Source of the DNA: Gammaproteobacteria bacterium
GTDB taxonomy: Bacteria; Pseudomonadota; Gammaproteobacteria; QZLD01
Reading direction: 5' to 3'
Assembly (NCBI GenBank): GCA_033852075.1
Contig: JAWSVC010000010.1
Location: 105,683 to 169,682 of the forward strand
DNA length: 64,000 nt
A model generated the notes under the pieces. That model ran no database searches and was not told the origin of the DNA. It saw nothing but the letters and a program-made list of their open reading frames with translations. Of this stretch, positions 1 to 10,172 are shown one piece after another. Position 1 is the first letter of the stretch. The number at the start of each line of letters is the position of its first letter. Position numbers and translations under genes: made by a program.

Positions 1-1506
1 TATTTTTTTATCTGTCCATCAGAATCACAGGTGATATCCAGTAATACTGCTCTTTTATCAGGCTTTTCGTCTAGTTTGTGAATGGGCATTATAGGAAAAA
101 TTTGTTCAATTCCCCAAATGTCAGGCATTGACTGGAAAATGGATAGATTACAAAAAAGTTTATCCGCCAATTTTTCCGATAATTTATTAAATATGTTGGG
201 GGCGTCTTTCCGTATTTCTTTGGTTTCCAGTATTTTTCTGCAGTAGTTGCGATATAGTGTTTCTGCATCCGCCTTAATTTTTAAAGTTAATTTTCCGGTT
301 TTAAACAGATCTTGAATTTGCTTGTAGAGTTTTTGTGTATTTGTAAATGCAGTTTCGATATTGTGAATAGGGGCTAACAATGCTTGTTTGAGTTGCAAAA
401 TAAGTTCGTGAGAATCAGTTATAGATTCAATGTTGGTAATTTCCTGGCGATCAAAGTCTACAGTATTGGTTAGAATAATCGCATGTTGGGCGGTAAGTGC
501 ACGTCCGGATTCGCAGATAATATCTGGTGGTTGGAGTTTGTAACTATTACAGATGTTGGTAATCGGCGATATTATTGCTTCGGCATATTCGGCAATTGAA
601 TAATTGGTCGAGCAAAAGCCGGTAGATTGAGAACCTTCATAGTCAACGCCAAGGCCGCCACCAACATCAATAACTTTAATGTCAACATCCAGTGTAGATA
701 TCTGTTGGAAATAACGAGCTATTTCGGTTGCGCCGGTTTTTATATGATTTAAATCGGTTATTTGTGAGCCGATATGGAAGTGTAATAATTTAAGGGATGA
801 TAGTAGGTCTAGGTTTGATAATTGCTCAAGAGCCAGCAAAATTTGGGCTGTGGTTAATCCAAATTTAGAATCTTCGCCGCCAGAGTTTTGCCAATTGCCA
901 GATCCTGCAGATGCTAATCTTGCTCTTATGCCAAGAAGTGGAGTAATTTGGGTTTGTTTGGCAACATGGTTGATAAGAGGGATCTCTGAAATCTTTTCGA
1001 TGACGATATATACCTTTAGCCCAATCTGTTGCCCTAATAGCGCAAGTCTGATGTATTCTTCATCCTTGTATCCATTGCAGATAACAGTTGAACCCGGAAG
1101 TGATTTTGCTAATACGGCAAGTAATTCAGGTTTACTTCCGGCTTCAAGACCAACGCGCTCTTTACCGTGGGATATTACCTCATCTATAACATCCTGTTGC
1201 TGATTAACCTTGATGGGGTAGATGATCCTGTGTTCTGCATGATAGTTATACTTATTCATTGCAGAGGAGAATGCTGATTCGATTCTATCAATGCGATTAT
1301 GAATAATATCAAGAAAGCGAATAAGTATTGGGAATGTTAGTCCTGATTCGGATAATTTTTTTGAAAGAGAGTTAATGTCGATCTTAACCCCGTTTCGTCC
1401 TGGGGTTACACTTAGGTTGCCGTTTTCACTGATATCGAAATAGCCGTCCCCCCATTTTTCAATGTTGTAGGTTTTACGGCTGTCTGAAATGGTCCAGTTT
1501 GACATA
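1..1506 (-). CDS. speA: Biosynthetic arginine decarboxylase, N-terminal ~500 aa; the 3' end lies beyond the window start
   Basis: The minus-strand translation starting at 1506 (MSNWTISDSRKTYNIEKWGDGYFDISENGNLSV...YPIKVNQQ...GLEAGSKPELLAVLA...VICNGYKDEEYIRLALLGQQIGLKVYIVIEKISEI...RARLASAGSGNWQNSGGEDSKFGL) is collinear with E. coli SpeA. It is absent from the ORF track because the stop is outside the window. Confidence 0.9.
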
Positions 1507-1656
1507 TTTTTCTTTACAAAAATGATTCTTGTATGTAAATAGCATGATAGTTTATTGTGTGAAAACTATAGTGTGATTGCACAGTTTACACTACGTTTGA
1601 GTGCTAATAGCAATTAGTGAATAATATGCCTTTTCGCTCAAGTTGCAACACAAAAA

Positions 1657-2520
1657 TTGGAGCAATTACCAGTGCTAGATAAAAATTGGTTTTCAGAGCC
1701 GTTTAGTGATGAAGGATTGGCTTTCTCGCTTAAAATTACCGAAAAGTTAGAAGAAGTACAGACCCCTTATCAAAAGATAGAAATTTATCAAACTGAGACA
1801 TTTGGTCGTTTGATGGTGATTGATGATTGCGTGATGCTGACTAGTCGCGATAATTTTATCTATCACGAGATGATGTCTCATCCTGCGCTTTCGCTGCACC
1901 CTGATCCGTGCAAGGTTTTGATTATTGGTGGTGGAGATTGTGGAACTATGCGCGAAGTATTAAAACATAAAGGTGTGCAGGAAGTTCATCAGGTTGATAT
2001 TGATGAGCAGGTAACTCGCTTGTCAGAAAAATACTTTCCGGAATTGTGTGATAGCAATAATGATCCTCGTGCTCATCTTCATTTTAAAGATGGGGTTAAG
2101 TGGGTGCAAGATGCAGAAGATAATGCATTCGATATAGTGATTATTGATAGTACAGATCCGGTTGGTCCTGCAGAGGGTTTGTTTAAAGAAGATTTCTTTG
2201 CTGAATGCTGTCGCATTCTTAAAGATAACGGCATTTACGTGCAGCAGAGCGAATCACCATTGCTACATGCAGATACAATAATAAAAAATATGAGAACTGA
2301 TCTACAAAATAGCGGATTTACTAAGGTTCAGACTTTAAACTTTCCTCAGTGCTGTTATCCGTCAGGATGGTGGTCTTGTACTCTTGCAAGCAAAGAAAAT
2401 GATTTGGATCAAATGGTTAACGTTGATGATGGTATTAAAACCAAGTATTACAATGAGAATATGCATCTTGCAGCGAAGGCAATTCCTCAATTTTGTTTGC
2501 AACTTTGGCAGGAAAACTAA
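1657..2520 (+). CDS. speE: Spermidine synthase (aminopropyltransferase)
   Basis: 287 aa with the motifs YQKIEIYQTETFGRLMVIDD, LIIGGGDCG, DIVIIDSTDPVGPAEGLF. It is divergent from speA. Confidence 0.9.
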   Translation: MEQLPVLDKNWFSEPFSDEGLAFSLKITEKLEEVQTPYQKIEIYQTETFGRLMVIDDCVMLTSRDNFIYHEMMSHPALSLHPDPCKVLIIGGGDCGTMREVLKHKGVQEVHQVDIDEQVTRLSEKYFPELCDSNNDPRAHLHFKDGVKWVQDAEDNAFDIVIIDSTDPVGPAEGLFKEDFFAECCRILKDNGIYVQQSESPLLHADTIIKNMRTDLQNSGFTKVQTLNFPQCCYPSGWWSCTLASKENDLDQMVNVDDGIKTKYYNENMHLAAKAIPQFCLQLWQEN

Positions 2521-2631
2521 ATAAAACCTTCTAAAATTATATTTAGCTGAAGTTCATGTTTTAATATGTATCGGGCATGAGCTAGCTAATAGTTGTTAAC
2601 GGAATAAAATAGATACAGAAGGTTAAATTCG

Positions 2632-3876
2632 ATGGGATCGATTATTAAGCTATTGCTTGTGGTTGTATGTTCTTCAGTTCTAATGCTAGCAATTGGAGTG
2701 TACAGCGGTTCTAAGTATTCGGGGCTTGTATCCGAAGCTAAAGAAATGGTGCAGGGTAAGTCTGCTGAAAAGGTCGAACAAGTTTTTGATGAGCTTGAGG
2801 AAGAGATTGGTTCTGCTCAAACTATGTCAGCCATACTGCTAGCGGTAATTGCAGTAGCTACACTAGCTGTATTCTTCTTTGTTGCCAATTTCGCTGTTTT
2901 TGGACAGCTGCAGAAACTTAAAGAATCAATTGTAGGGGCTGAAACGGGAAAGATAGGAGTTAATGAGTCCATTCAGGAATCCTTGTCGGGTGACTTTGCG
3001 CAGATGGCCGGATCGCTTAAAGGATATAAAGACTTTTTAGCAAAACAGCTAGGAGATATTTCTGCATCTGTTGATAAGTGCGCTAGTGCTGTTGGTGGGG
3101 CTAGCGGCAATGAAAAAGGGATGATTCTCGAGCAGAAAGACGAAGTTGATAAGGTTGCAACGGCTATGACAGAAATGTCAGCTACAGTGCATGAGGTGGC
3201 AAGAAATGCTACAGAAGCAGCTGAAGCTGCGCAGCGGGCTGATGAAGAAACAACGAAGGGTAAAATGGTAGTGTCTCAGGCCATTGAAGCAATTGACCTG
3301 CTTGCCAATGAGGTTAATGATGCTGCGCAGGTGATTCATAGGTTGGAACAGGATAGTGACGAGATTGGAGCGGTTCTTGATGTAATTCGTGGTATTGCGG
3401 AACAAACCAATCTTCTGGCTCTTAATGCTGCTATTGAGGCTGCAAGAGCTGGTGAGCAGGGGCGTGGTTTTGCGGTTGTTGCAGACGAAGTGCGAACTTT
3501 GGCTCAAAGAACTCAGCAGTCGACTCAAGAGATTCAGAATATGATTGAAAGATTGCAGTCGGGTGCTCAGGATGCTGTAAAAGCTATGGAGCAGGGAAGG
3601 AGCCGTGCTCAAGTTGGTGTTGAGCAGGCGGCAGAAGCAGGCACCTCGCTAGAAACTATTGCGCAGGCAGTAGGTACAATTTCTGATATGAATACTCAAA
3701 TCGCAACCGCGGCTGAAGAGCAAAGTGTAGTTGCTGAGGAGATTAATCTTAATATTGTAAGTATTTCTGATATGGCAGATAAGATCGCAAGTGAGAGTGG
3801 TGCAGGTGATCTTGGTGCAGGTCAGGTTACTGCTGCATGTGAAGAGATACGTACCGCAGTTAGAATGCTTAGTTAA
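2632..3876 (+). CDS. Methyl-accepting chemotaxis protein with two N-terminal TM helices, a very short periplasmic loop and an MCP signalling domain
   Basis: Highly conserved MCP signalling motif [38 protein letters not shown], with N-terminal hydrophobic segments. Confidence 0.85.
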   Translation: MGSIIKLLLVVVCSSVLMLAIGVYSGSKYSGLVSEAKEMVQGKSAEKVEQVFDELEEEIGSAQTMSAILLAVIAVATLAVFFFVANFAVFGQLQKLKESIVGAETGKIGVNESIQESLSGDFAQMAGSLKGYKDFLAKQLGDISASVDKCASAVGGASGNEKGMILEQKDEVDKVATAMTEMSATVHEVARNATEAAEAAQRADEETTKGKMVVSQAIEAIDLLANEVNDAAQVIHRLEQDSDEIGAVLDVIRGIAEQTNLLALNAAIEAARAGEQGRGFAVVADEVRTLAQRTQQSTQEIQNMIERLQSGAQDAVKAMEQGRSRAQVGVEQAAEAGTSLETIAQAVGTISDMNTQIATAAEEQSVVAEEINLNIVSISDMADKIASESGAGDLGAGQVTAACEEIRTAVRMLS

Positions 3877-3895
3877 TTATTATTAATAAATACAT

Positions 3896-3927
3896 GAAAA
3901 AGCCTGGTTTTTTTACCAGGTTTTTTT
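3896..3927. terminator. Bidirectional rho-independent terminator between the MCP gene and rpsT
   Basis: aaaaaGCCTGGTttttttACCAGGttttttt: a GC stem flanked by an A-run and a T-run, so it serves convergent genes on both strands. Confidence 0.6.
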
Positions 3928-4066
3928 ATATGCTATGCAATTTATAATTTGTGTCTATAAATAAAATTTGCACGCAAAAAAGCAAGAGTAAGACAAGTTA
4001 CTCTCGCTTTAGAAAACTTTTATACTGCTTTAGGTATATCCAGTCAGATATATAACGATGCAGTTC

Positions 4067-4327
4067 TTAAAGAGCGCGGATTTTAGCGTTCAAGCGGCTC
4101 TTATGACGTGCGGCTTTGTTTTTATGGATAAGACCTTTAGTAGCCATGCGGTCAATAATAGGAACTGCTATTTTGTACGCTTCTTCTGCTGCTGTTTTCT
4201 CTCCAGCTTCAATTGCGTATACGGTTTTCTTGATATATGTTCTTAACATTGAACGCTGACTAGCATTGCGTACACGATTGCTTTCTGCTTGTCTTGCTCT
4301 TTTTTTAGCTTGTGGACTGTTAGCCAA
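4067..4327 (-). CDS. rpsT: 30S ribosomal protein S20
   Basis: 86 aa [34 protein letters not shown]...[19 protein letters not shown]. Confidence 0.95.
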   Translation of the reverse strand: MANSPQAKKRARQAESNRVRNASQRSMLRTYIKKTVYAIEAGEKTAAEEAYKIAVPIIDRMATKGLIHKNKAARHKSRLNAKIRAL

Positions 4328-4371
4328 TTTTTATCTCCAAAAATAATTATTGGGTCTGTAAAAGGGTGCTT

Positions 4372-4400
4372 ACTATGCTGATTTTCTCGCGTTTTGTCAA
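4372..4400 (-). promoter_or_regulatory. Candidate sigma70 promoter of rpsT (TTGACA-N17-CATAGT on the minus strand)
   Basis: Reverse complement of 4372-4400 reads cTTGACAaaacgcgagaaaatcagCATAGT, which is upstream of the rpsT start. Confidence 0.4.
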
Positions 4401-4539
4401 GTTACTATCCCAAAAAAATATTAAAGATTTGTGAGTTGTTTTAAGGGAATGGGGATAGGGGGGAAATCATCGTGGTTGCTTGTAATATCTTATTGATAAT
4501 TAATATATAATCTGTATTTAGAATAAATAGGAATAGCAA

Positions 4540-5793
4540 TTGAAGAACGTCGGGAAATATTTGCAAAAATACGCTGAACCATTTGCAAGGTTGTCAATTG
4601 AGTTGCCATTTGTATTTGATAATGTGGTGGTTATTCCTGCATTTGATGAGGGGCAGGCATTTCTTGAGCAAAAAAACTTTGCGCAGGGCGGTAGCAATCT
4701 AGTAATCGTAGTAGTTAATGCTCCTGAGCAGGAGGTGGATCAGTCTAGGTTGGATAGAACTAAGTTATTGCTTGAGTATATCTATAAAGAAATGATCATC
4801 TTATGGAAGAATGATTTAGGTATGGCATTGCTTAAAAATGAGAAAATTGGATATTCTTTATTTGTAGTGGATTGTGTATCTATTGGGAGAAGGATTCCAG
4901 ATAAGATGGGGGTTGGAATGGCACGTAAGATTGGTGCTGATATAGCGGTGAATCTTATTTATAGTGCCCAAATTAGGTCACGAACTATTTTCTCAACTGA
5001 TGCAGATGTGCAAATTCCAGATGGATATTTAAAGTCAATAGATGGCCCTGATCTTCGGATTTCAGGATATACATTTCCTTTTTCTCACAATCCTGATTAT
5101 GGGTTTGATATGGCGATGCAGCTTTATGAGTTTTCGTTACATTATTATGTGGTGGGGCTTAAATATGCTGGGTCTGGTTATGCGTTCCATACTATAGGTA
5201 GCTGTTTGGCTTTTGATGTTGAGGCTTATGCGAAGGTTAGGGGGTTTCCTAAGCGGGCTGCAGGAGAGGATTTTTATCTGTTAAATAAGCTGGCGAAGGT
5301 GGGAGTGATTAAGTCTTTAGCAAGGCCTGTAGTTAAAATTGCCGGGCGTGGGTCTGATAGAGTTCCGTTTGGTACTGGGCCGGCAATTACTAAGATAGCT
5401 GGTTTGGAATCACCTTTGGAGCAATATCGCTTTTATAATCCAGCGGTATTTAAGTGCCTTAAAATTTTTTTACAATCTTTGTGGCGGTATTGGAAAACTA
5501 ATGGTTCTGATGTTGTTTTTAATGAATATAATGAGCAGATTGTGGGCGCGTTGCGGGGTATTGGATTTTATTCGGTACTGTATAAGTTGAGAGGGCAGGC
5601 AAAGAGTCAGGAGCAGTTTTTACGTGCGAGTTATGATTGGTTTGATGCCTTTAAAACGTTGAAGTTTATACATTACCTGCGAGATAATTTTTTTTCATCG
5701 GTATTAATAGGTGAACTTCATGGGGGGGAATTTGTCTCAGAATTAGTAAAACAATATCCTGCTTTGTTTAAGCATGAATTAGCAGTACAATAG
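4540..5793 (+). CDS. Family-2 (GT-A fold) glycosyltransferase-like protein of unknown specificity, TTG start
   Basis: VVVIPAFDEG (like the VIPxYNE opening of GT2), an STDAD DxD motif and a GEDFYLLNKL (ED..L) motif. An AGGAATAG ribosome-binding site sits 5 nt upstream of the TTG. There is no in-frame ATG near the N-terminus. Confidence 0.45.
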   Translation: MKNVGKYLQKYAEPFARLSIELPFVFDNVVVIPAFDEGQAFLEQKNFAQGGSNLVIVVVNAPEQEVDQSRLDRTKLLLEYIYKEMIILWKNDLGMALLKNEKIGYSLFVVDCVSIGRRIPDKMGVGMARKIGADIAVNLIYSAQIRSRTIFSTDADVQIPDGYLKSIDGPDLRISGYTFPFSHNPDYGFDMAMQLYEFSLHYYVVGLKYAGSGYAFHTIGSCLAFDVEAYAKVRGFPKRAAGEDFYLLNKLAKVGVIKSLARPVVKIAGRGSDRVPFGTGPAITKIAGLESPLEQYRFYNPAVFKCLKIFLQSLWRYWKTNGSDVVFNEYNEQIVGALRGIGFYSVLYKLRGQAKSQEQFLRASYDWFDAFKTLKFIHYLRDNFFSSVLIGELHGGEFVSELVKQYPALFKHELAVQ

Positions 5794-5820
5794 GGTGTCA
5801 TTTCGGGTTATCTTATTAAG

Positions 5821-6117
5821 GTGTCTATGAAATTTGGTAAATTGCTAAAGTTGATCGCGATACTGTTGGTGGTAATGGTGGTAGTGAAGGTTCTTCCTCC
5901 GCTATTGGGTCCCTATTGGGATGCGTTTTATAATCCAGATTCGGTTTTGATTGAGAAGAAAAAGGAAAATATCAAGGCGCGTAATCAGGAGGATCATGAT
6001 TGGATTGGTGATTCGCTTAATATGGAAAAAAAATTGAATGACTCTAAGGATCAGCGTTATAAAGAGATAGACCCTGTATACGTCCCCCCGGAAGATGATG
6101 AGTGGAACGAAGATTAA
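5821..6117 (+). CDS. Small membrane-anchored hypothetical protein with an acidic C-terminus
   Basis: 98 aa with one N-terminal TM helix (LLKLIAILLVVMVVVKVL) and a PEDDEWNED tail. No recognisable family. Confidence 0.3.
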   Translation: MSMKFGKLLKLIAILLVVMVVVKVLPPLLGPYWDAFYNPDSVLIEKKKENIKARNQEDHDWIGDSLNMEKKLNDSKDQRYKEIDPVYVPPEDDEWNED

Positions 6118-6133
6118 GTGCAATCGTGTATAT

Positions 6134-6799
6134 TTAAAGTATTTTGTTATTGCTTAGCCATTCAACCGCTGTTGGAATTGTCATTATCAGAGTATAACCT
6201 CCAAAGGCAATTAATAGTAATCCACTTATAGATGCTACAATTCTAGGATGTTGGCTGATTATTCCAACCTTTTGGCGAAATGCTTGGGTTGAGTAGCCTG
6301 CTAATAATATCGGTATTGAAAATCCTATTGCGTATACGATTAATAAAGATATTCCATATATCATGCTTTGTTCGGATGCGATTTTGGCAAATACACTGGA
6401 AAGTGTTGGACCAACACATGGTATCCAAATAACTCCTAAAGATAGACCTAAAAAGAATCCGGAAAAATATCCGTTCTCATTGGTTTGGATATTGGATAAA
6501 AATCCTAGACGTTTGAATGGATTAAATCCTAGTAGCATTGTTGCGCCAAATATGCATATTATTCCACCAGAAAATCTTTCCAGCATAACCATGTTGTCGG
6601 TAAGTAGATGAAAAAATGCGCTGCTGATAACTCCCATTATGATGAAGCTAATAGATAATCCCATAACGATAAGTAAAGGACGATGTTTGCTGTCCTCAGT
6701 GCTTCCGGTTACGATTATTGGTAAAACAGGAAGTACGCATGGTGACGCAACGCTAATAAGCCCAGCGCCAATAGCAAAGGCAAAATCAACTGGATTCAT
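6134..6799 (-). CDS. ccdA: CcdA/DsbD-family thiol:disulfide transmembrane electron transporter
   Basis: Polytopic membrane protein with the two conserved Cys motifs ASPCVLPVLP and WIPCVGPTL. Confidence 0.75.
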   Translation of the reverse strand: MNPVDFAFAIGAGLISVASPCVLPVLPIIVTGSTEDSKHRPLLIVMGLSISFIIMGVISSAFFHLLTDNMVMLERFSGGIICIFGATMLLGFNPFKRLGFLSNIQTNENGYFSGFFLGLSLGVIWIPCVGPTLSSVFAKIASEQSMIYGISLLIVYAIGFSIPILLAGYSTQAFRQKVGIISQHPRIVASISGLLLIAFGGYTLIMTIPTAVEWLSNNKIL

Positions 6800-6811
6800 A
6801 GTGTGTCTCGG

Positions 6812-7213
6812 TTATTTTAATTCGTTTAAAGCACTAGTTATTTCGTCTACAGATCTGATTCCTGGAGGAAAGTGCTTAGAAACATTGCCATTTGCATCTA
6901 ATAGTACCAAAGATGGCAGGCTGCGAATGCCATAGCGGCTGAATGAAAAACGGCTCATTGGGTCAGTCGTTGAGATGTAGCTAACGTCGGCTTTGGTAGA
7001 AATTTGTTCCATGCTTTGTTTTAAAATTTTAGCTTGCCGCTGGCAAGGTGCTCCATTTGGATTTAGAAAGAACAATAATGTTCCTTTTTCAATGGCTTTT
7101 TCTATGGTTGTTGTAGGTTTTTCTGTTTCTTGTTTATTTGTTTGCGTGGTTGCAAAGCTAATTGAGCTGATTGAAAGAATAATGGCTGCAAATCCGATAA
7201 GAGTTTTTTTCAT
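6812..7213 (-). CDS. Secreted thioredoxin-fold protein with a single-Cys GAPC motif instead of CxxC
   Basis: Signal peptide present. YGIRSLPSLVLLDANGN aligns with thioredoxin YGIRGIPTLLLF, and LLFFLNPNGAPCQRQ aligns with the WCGPCK region with the first Cys replaced by Gly. It sits immediately upstream of ccdA. Confidence 0.55.
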   Translation of the reverse strand: MKKTLIGFAAIILSISSISFATTQTNKQETEKPTTTIEKAIEKGTLLFFLNPNGAPCQRQAKILKQSMEQISTKADVSYISTTDPMSRFSFSRYGIRSLPSLVLLDANGNVSKHFPPGIRSVDEITSALNELK

Positions 7214-7377
7214 AATTGTTCTCGAAAGTAAGTTAAAAATCCGAAGCTAATATCGTAACAATATTACTGGCTATGGGTCAAGGTTTCTATAGTTTATGAC
7301 TAGGTTTTTATGAAGTTATGTATTTAACTAAAAAAGAGTCTGTGCCGCAGTCGAAAAAAATTAAATAAATATATTGT

Positions 7378-8247
7378 TTAAGCAGAGATAAAAGTTTTAA
7401 GCTTTTTCATTGCATTCTTTTCAAGTTGTCTGATTCTTTCGGCAGAAACATTATATTCGGCAGCTAGATCGTGTAATGTTGCTTTGTCTTCGTTTAGCCA
7501 GCGGCGTTTAAGAATGTCCTGGCTTCTGGCGTCAAGCCTTTCTAAGGCTTCGGTTAGACCGTTTAGTGAATTATTTGCTGATTCGCTGTTTTCTACTAAA
7601 AGAGCAGGGTCAGTGCTGTGATCTTCGAGGTAGTTTGCCGGAGCATAAGTTGTTTGTTCGTCACTATCGTCAGATGGGGCGTCAAATGTAACATCATTGG
7701 CAGCTAGGCGTGATTCCATTTCCAAGACGGTTTCTGGCTTTACGCCCAGATCATTTGCTACTGCTTCAACCTCTTCGTTATTCATCCAGCCCAGACGTTT
7801 TTTGGCTTTGCGTAGATTAAAGAACAGTTTGCGTTGTGCTTTGGTGGTTGCAACCTTAACAATACGCCAGTTTTTAATTACAAAGTCATGAATTTCGGAT
7901 TTAATCCAGTGTACGGCAAAAGATATTAGGCGTACCCCCATTTCTGGGTTGAAGCGTTTAACTGCCTTCATGAGGCCGATATTGCCTTCCTGGATTAGAT
8001 CATTTAGGGCAAGGCCATAGCCTTTAAACCCTTTGGCGATGTGGACTACAAAACGTAGGTGAGACATAACTAGCTTGCGTGCAGCTTCAAGATCTTGCTC
8101 ATAAAAGAATTTACAGGCAAGCTCATGTTCTTCTTCGGCGCTAAGAATTGGGATTTCGCGGATTTGCAGCTGATACGCTTCTTCGCTACCAGCGATTAAT
8201 ACAGGCAAAGTGGATTGGTTTCTTGCTATAAGTGCGGTTCCGGTCAT
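7378..8247 (-). CDS. rpoH: RNA polymerase sigma-32 (heat-shock sigma factor)
   Basis: Collinear with E. coli RpoH ([33 protein letters not shown], RpoH box [21 protein letters not shown]-terminal [13 protein letters not shown]). The start was chosen at MTGTAL, which has the better ribosome-binding site (GGGAAGAG). The ORF could extend to 8277. Confidence 0.9.
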   Translation of the reverse strand: MTGTALIARNQSTLPVLIAGSEEAYQLQIREIPILSAEEEHELACKFFYEQDLEAARKLVMSHLRFVVHIAKGFKGYGLALNDLIQEGNIGLMKAVKRFNPEMGVRLISFAVHWIKSEIHDFVIKNWRIVKVATTKAQRKLFFNLRKAKKRLGWMNNEEVEAVANDLGVKPETVLEMESRLAANDVTFDAPSDDSDEQTTYAPANYLEDHSTDPALLVENSESANNSLNGLTEALERLDARSQDILKRRWLNEDKATLHDLAAEYNVSAERIRQLEKNAMKKLKTFISA

Positions 8248-8421
8248 TTTTATCTCTTCCCAATTGTAAGTAGCCAATGTCTCTTTTGGACAATTAAGGC
8301 CATGCTATTCTAGCAGGCAAATGATTAGATTTCCACTAGTGGGAAAAGTTCCAACAATATATGTAAAAAAATCACTATATATTGGATAGGTTGCGGGGAT
8401 ATTGCGAACCGATTGATTACC

Positions 8422-9408
8422 TTAACTTGGTTCGATTTTACCCAGATGTTTTCCAACGGCTATCCAAGATCCGGCAAAGCCAAGAGTTGTACTGATAGCA
8501 ATCAGTGTCAAGCTACCATTAAATCCAAGGCCGCTAAGTTCAAAACCACTGCTGTAAAGGCTGGAAAGCTTGCTGACTGAATTTGATAGCAATCCAATGC
8601 TTATGCTGATGAGGATTGAGGCGATAATTCCGCCCAGAAGGCCGTATAGGATGCCGGTGTAAAGGAATGGGCGGCGGATAAATGAGTTGGTGGCCCCGAT
8701 TAGCTTGGTTACCAATATCTCATCGTATCGGTTTTGAATGTCCAGGCGGATGGTGTTGCCGGTTATAAGGATAACTGCAAGGGCCAATAGAGCACCAACG
8801 ATCATAACTCCGCGATTAATGATTTCCATAATCGAATATAGCCGTTTTACCCACTGCATATCCAATTGGGCATGGTCGACAATGGGGTTGTCTTGTAATG
8901 ATTGAACCAGTTGGTTTAATTGTTTCGGAGAACTGGCGTTTATGCCTGGACTGATTACTATAACTGCTGGGAGGGGGTTTTCATCAAGAGCATCCAGAGC
9001 TTGACCAAAACCTGATAGGCGTTTGAATTCTTCCAGTGCAGAATTTGGTGATATGTATTCGGTTTTTTCAACTTGGCTCATCATTCCTATTTGAGATTGA
9101 AAGTTAGTGATTTTATTTTCAGGTACATCTTTTTTTATGAATAGGGAAATTTGTGCGGCGCCATCCCAACCTGCAGTAACGAATTCGATGTTTTTTATAA
9201 GTACATGCATTCCGGCAGGTAGTGCCAGTGAAATGGCAATAACTGCAATGGTCATAAGACTGGATATTGGTGAGCGGCAAATTCTGCCTAAAGCGGCTAA
9301 GCAGACTTGTATGTGGCGTAAGATATAACCTTTTATGGAAAAAGAAGCTTTGTATTCTTTGTTGTGCTGTTTATTAGCTGGTTTGCGATACTGTTGTTTA
9401 TTATTCAT
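8422..9408 (-). CDS. ftsX: Cell-division ABC transporter permease
   Basis: 328 aa with four C-terminal TM segments and the N-terminal basic region typical of FtsX. It directly follows ftsE. Confidence 0.88.
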   Translation of the reverse strand: MNNKQQYRKPANKQHNKEYKASFSIKGYILRHIQVCLAALGRICRSPISSLMTIAVIAISLALPAGMHVLIKNIEFVTAGWDGAAQISLFIKKDVPENKITNFQSQIGMMSQVEKTEYISPNSALEEFKRLSGFGQALDALDENPLPAVIVISPGINASSPKQLNQLVQSLQDNPIVDHAQLDMQWVKRLYSIMEIINRGVMIVGALLALAVILITGNTIRLDIQNRYDEILVTKLIGATNSFIRRPFLYTGILYGLLGGIIASILISISIGLLSNSVSKLSSLYSSGFELSGLGFNGSLTLIAISTTLGFAGSWIAVGKHLGKIEPS

Positions 9409-9426
9409 CTATAACGCCCCCACCAT

Positions 9427-10149
9427 TTAATATCCAGAAATTGAGTTGTTATGGGGTGATTGACTATGAAAGCTTTTAGGAGTGTATCCATACCCGTCGT
9501 AGATGATCTTTCCTTGTTGCAGGGTAATGATTCGTTTGTTCATTTGATTGATTAGATCAATGTCATGGCTGGCAATTAGAATGCATACTCCAACCTGATT
9601 GAATTGTTCAAACAGGTGCATGATTTCGGATGATAGTTCCGGGTCTAGGTTTCCGGTTGGTTCGTCAGCTAGGATAATTGGTGGTTTATGCACGACCGCA
9701 CGCGCAATACCTACACGCTGTTGTTCTCCTCCGGAAAGAGTAACCGGGTAAAGTTTTTCTTTGCTAAGTAGGTTGACTTTGTCTAGAGCGGCGCGGACTC
9801 GACGACCAATTTCCCGGTGTGGAAGCCCTTGAATAACTAGTGGTAGGGCGATATTGTCAAATACGGTGCGATCAAAAAGAAGTTGGTGATTTTGGAAGAT
9901 AATGCCAATATTGCGGCGCAGATAGGGGATCTTGCTCTTTCTAAGCTTGCTGATATTAACGCCATTGACGATAACTTGGCCTCGGGTAGGGCGTTCGATA
10001 CAGGCGATAAGTTTTAGTAGAGTGCTTTTGCCTGCTCCGGAGTGTCCGGTCAAAAAGGACATTTCTCCTTCATTGAGGTCAAAGCTGATGCTGCTCAGGG
10101 CTTCATGCCCCTCGCTGTATCTTTTGGTGGTGTTATCAAATCGAATCAT
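9427..10149 (-). CDS. ftsE: Cell-division ATP-binding protein
   Basis: Walker [13 protein letters not shown] signature LSGGEQQR and Walker [12 protein letters not shown]. ftsY-ftsE-ftsX order. Confidence 0.93.
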   Translation of the reverse strand: MIRFDNTTKRYSEGHEALSSISFDLNEGEMSFLTGHSGAGKSTLLKLIACIERPTRGQVIVNGVNISKLRKSKIPYLRRNIGIIFQNHQLLFDRTVFDNIALPLVIQGLPHREIGRRVRAALDKVNLLSKEKLYPVTLSGGEQQRVGIARAVVHKPPIILADEPTGNLDPELSSEIMHLFEQFNQVGVCILIASHDIDLINQMNKRIITLQQGKIIYDGYGYTPKSFHSQSPHNNSISGY

Positions 10150-10172
10150 TCCGTTGTCTTTTTATGATTTAC

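Noticed and set aside
850-1203. 117-aa plus-strand ORF
   Set aside because: Lies wholly within, and antisense to, the speA coding region, which is strongly supported by collinearity with E. coli SpeA.
1507-1656. Possible CRP-like site (TGTGA...) in the speA/speE divergent region
   Set aside because: The second half-site does not match TCACA, and the apparent palindrome TAGTGT-N13-ACACTA is too weak to call.
3178-3612. 144-aa minus-strand ORF inside the MCP gene
   Set aside because: Antisense to a well-supported chemoreceptor signalling domain. Its Ser/Leu-rich low-complexity translation is typical of a shadow ORF.
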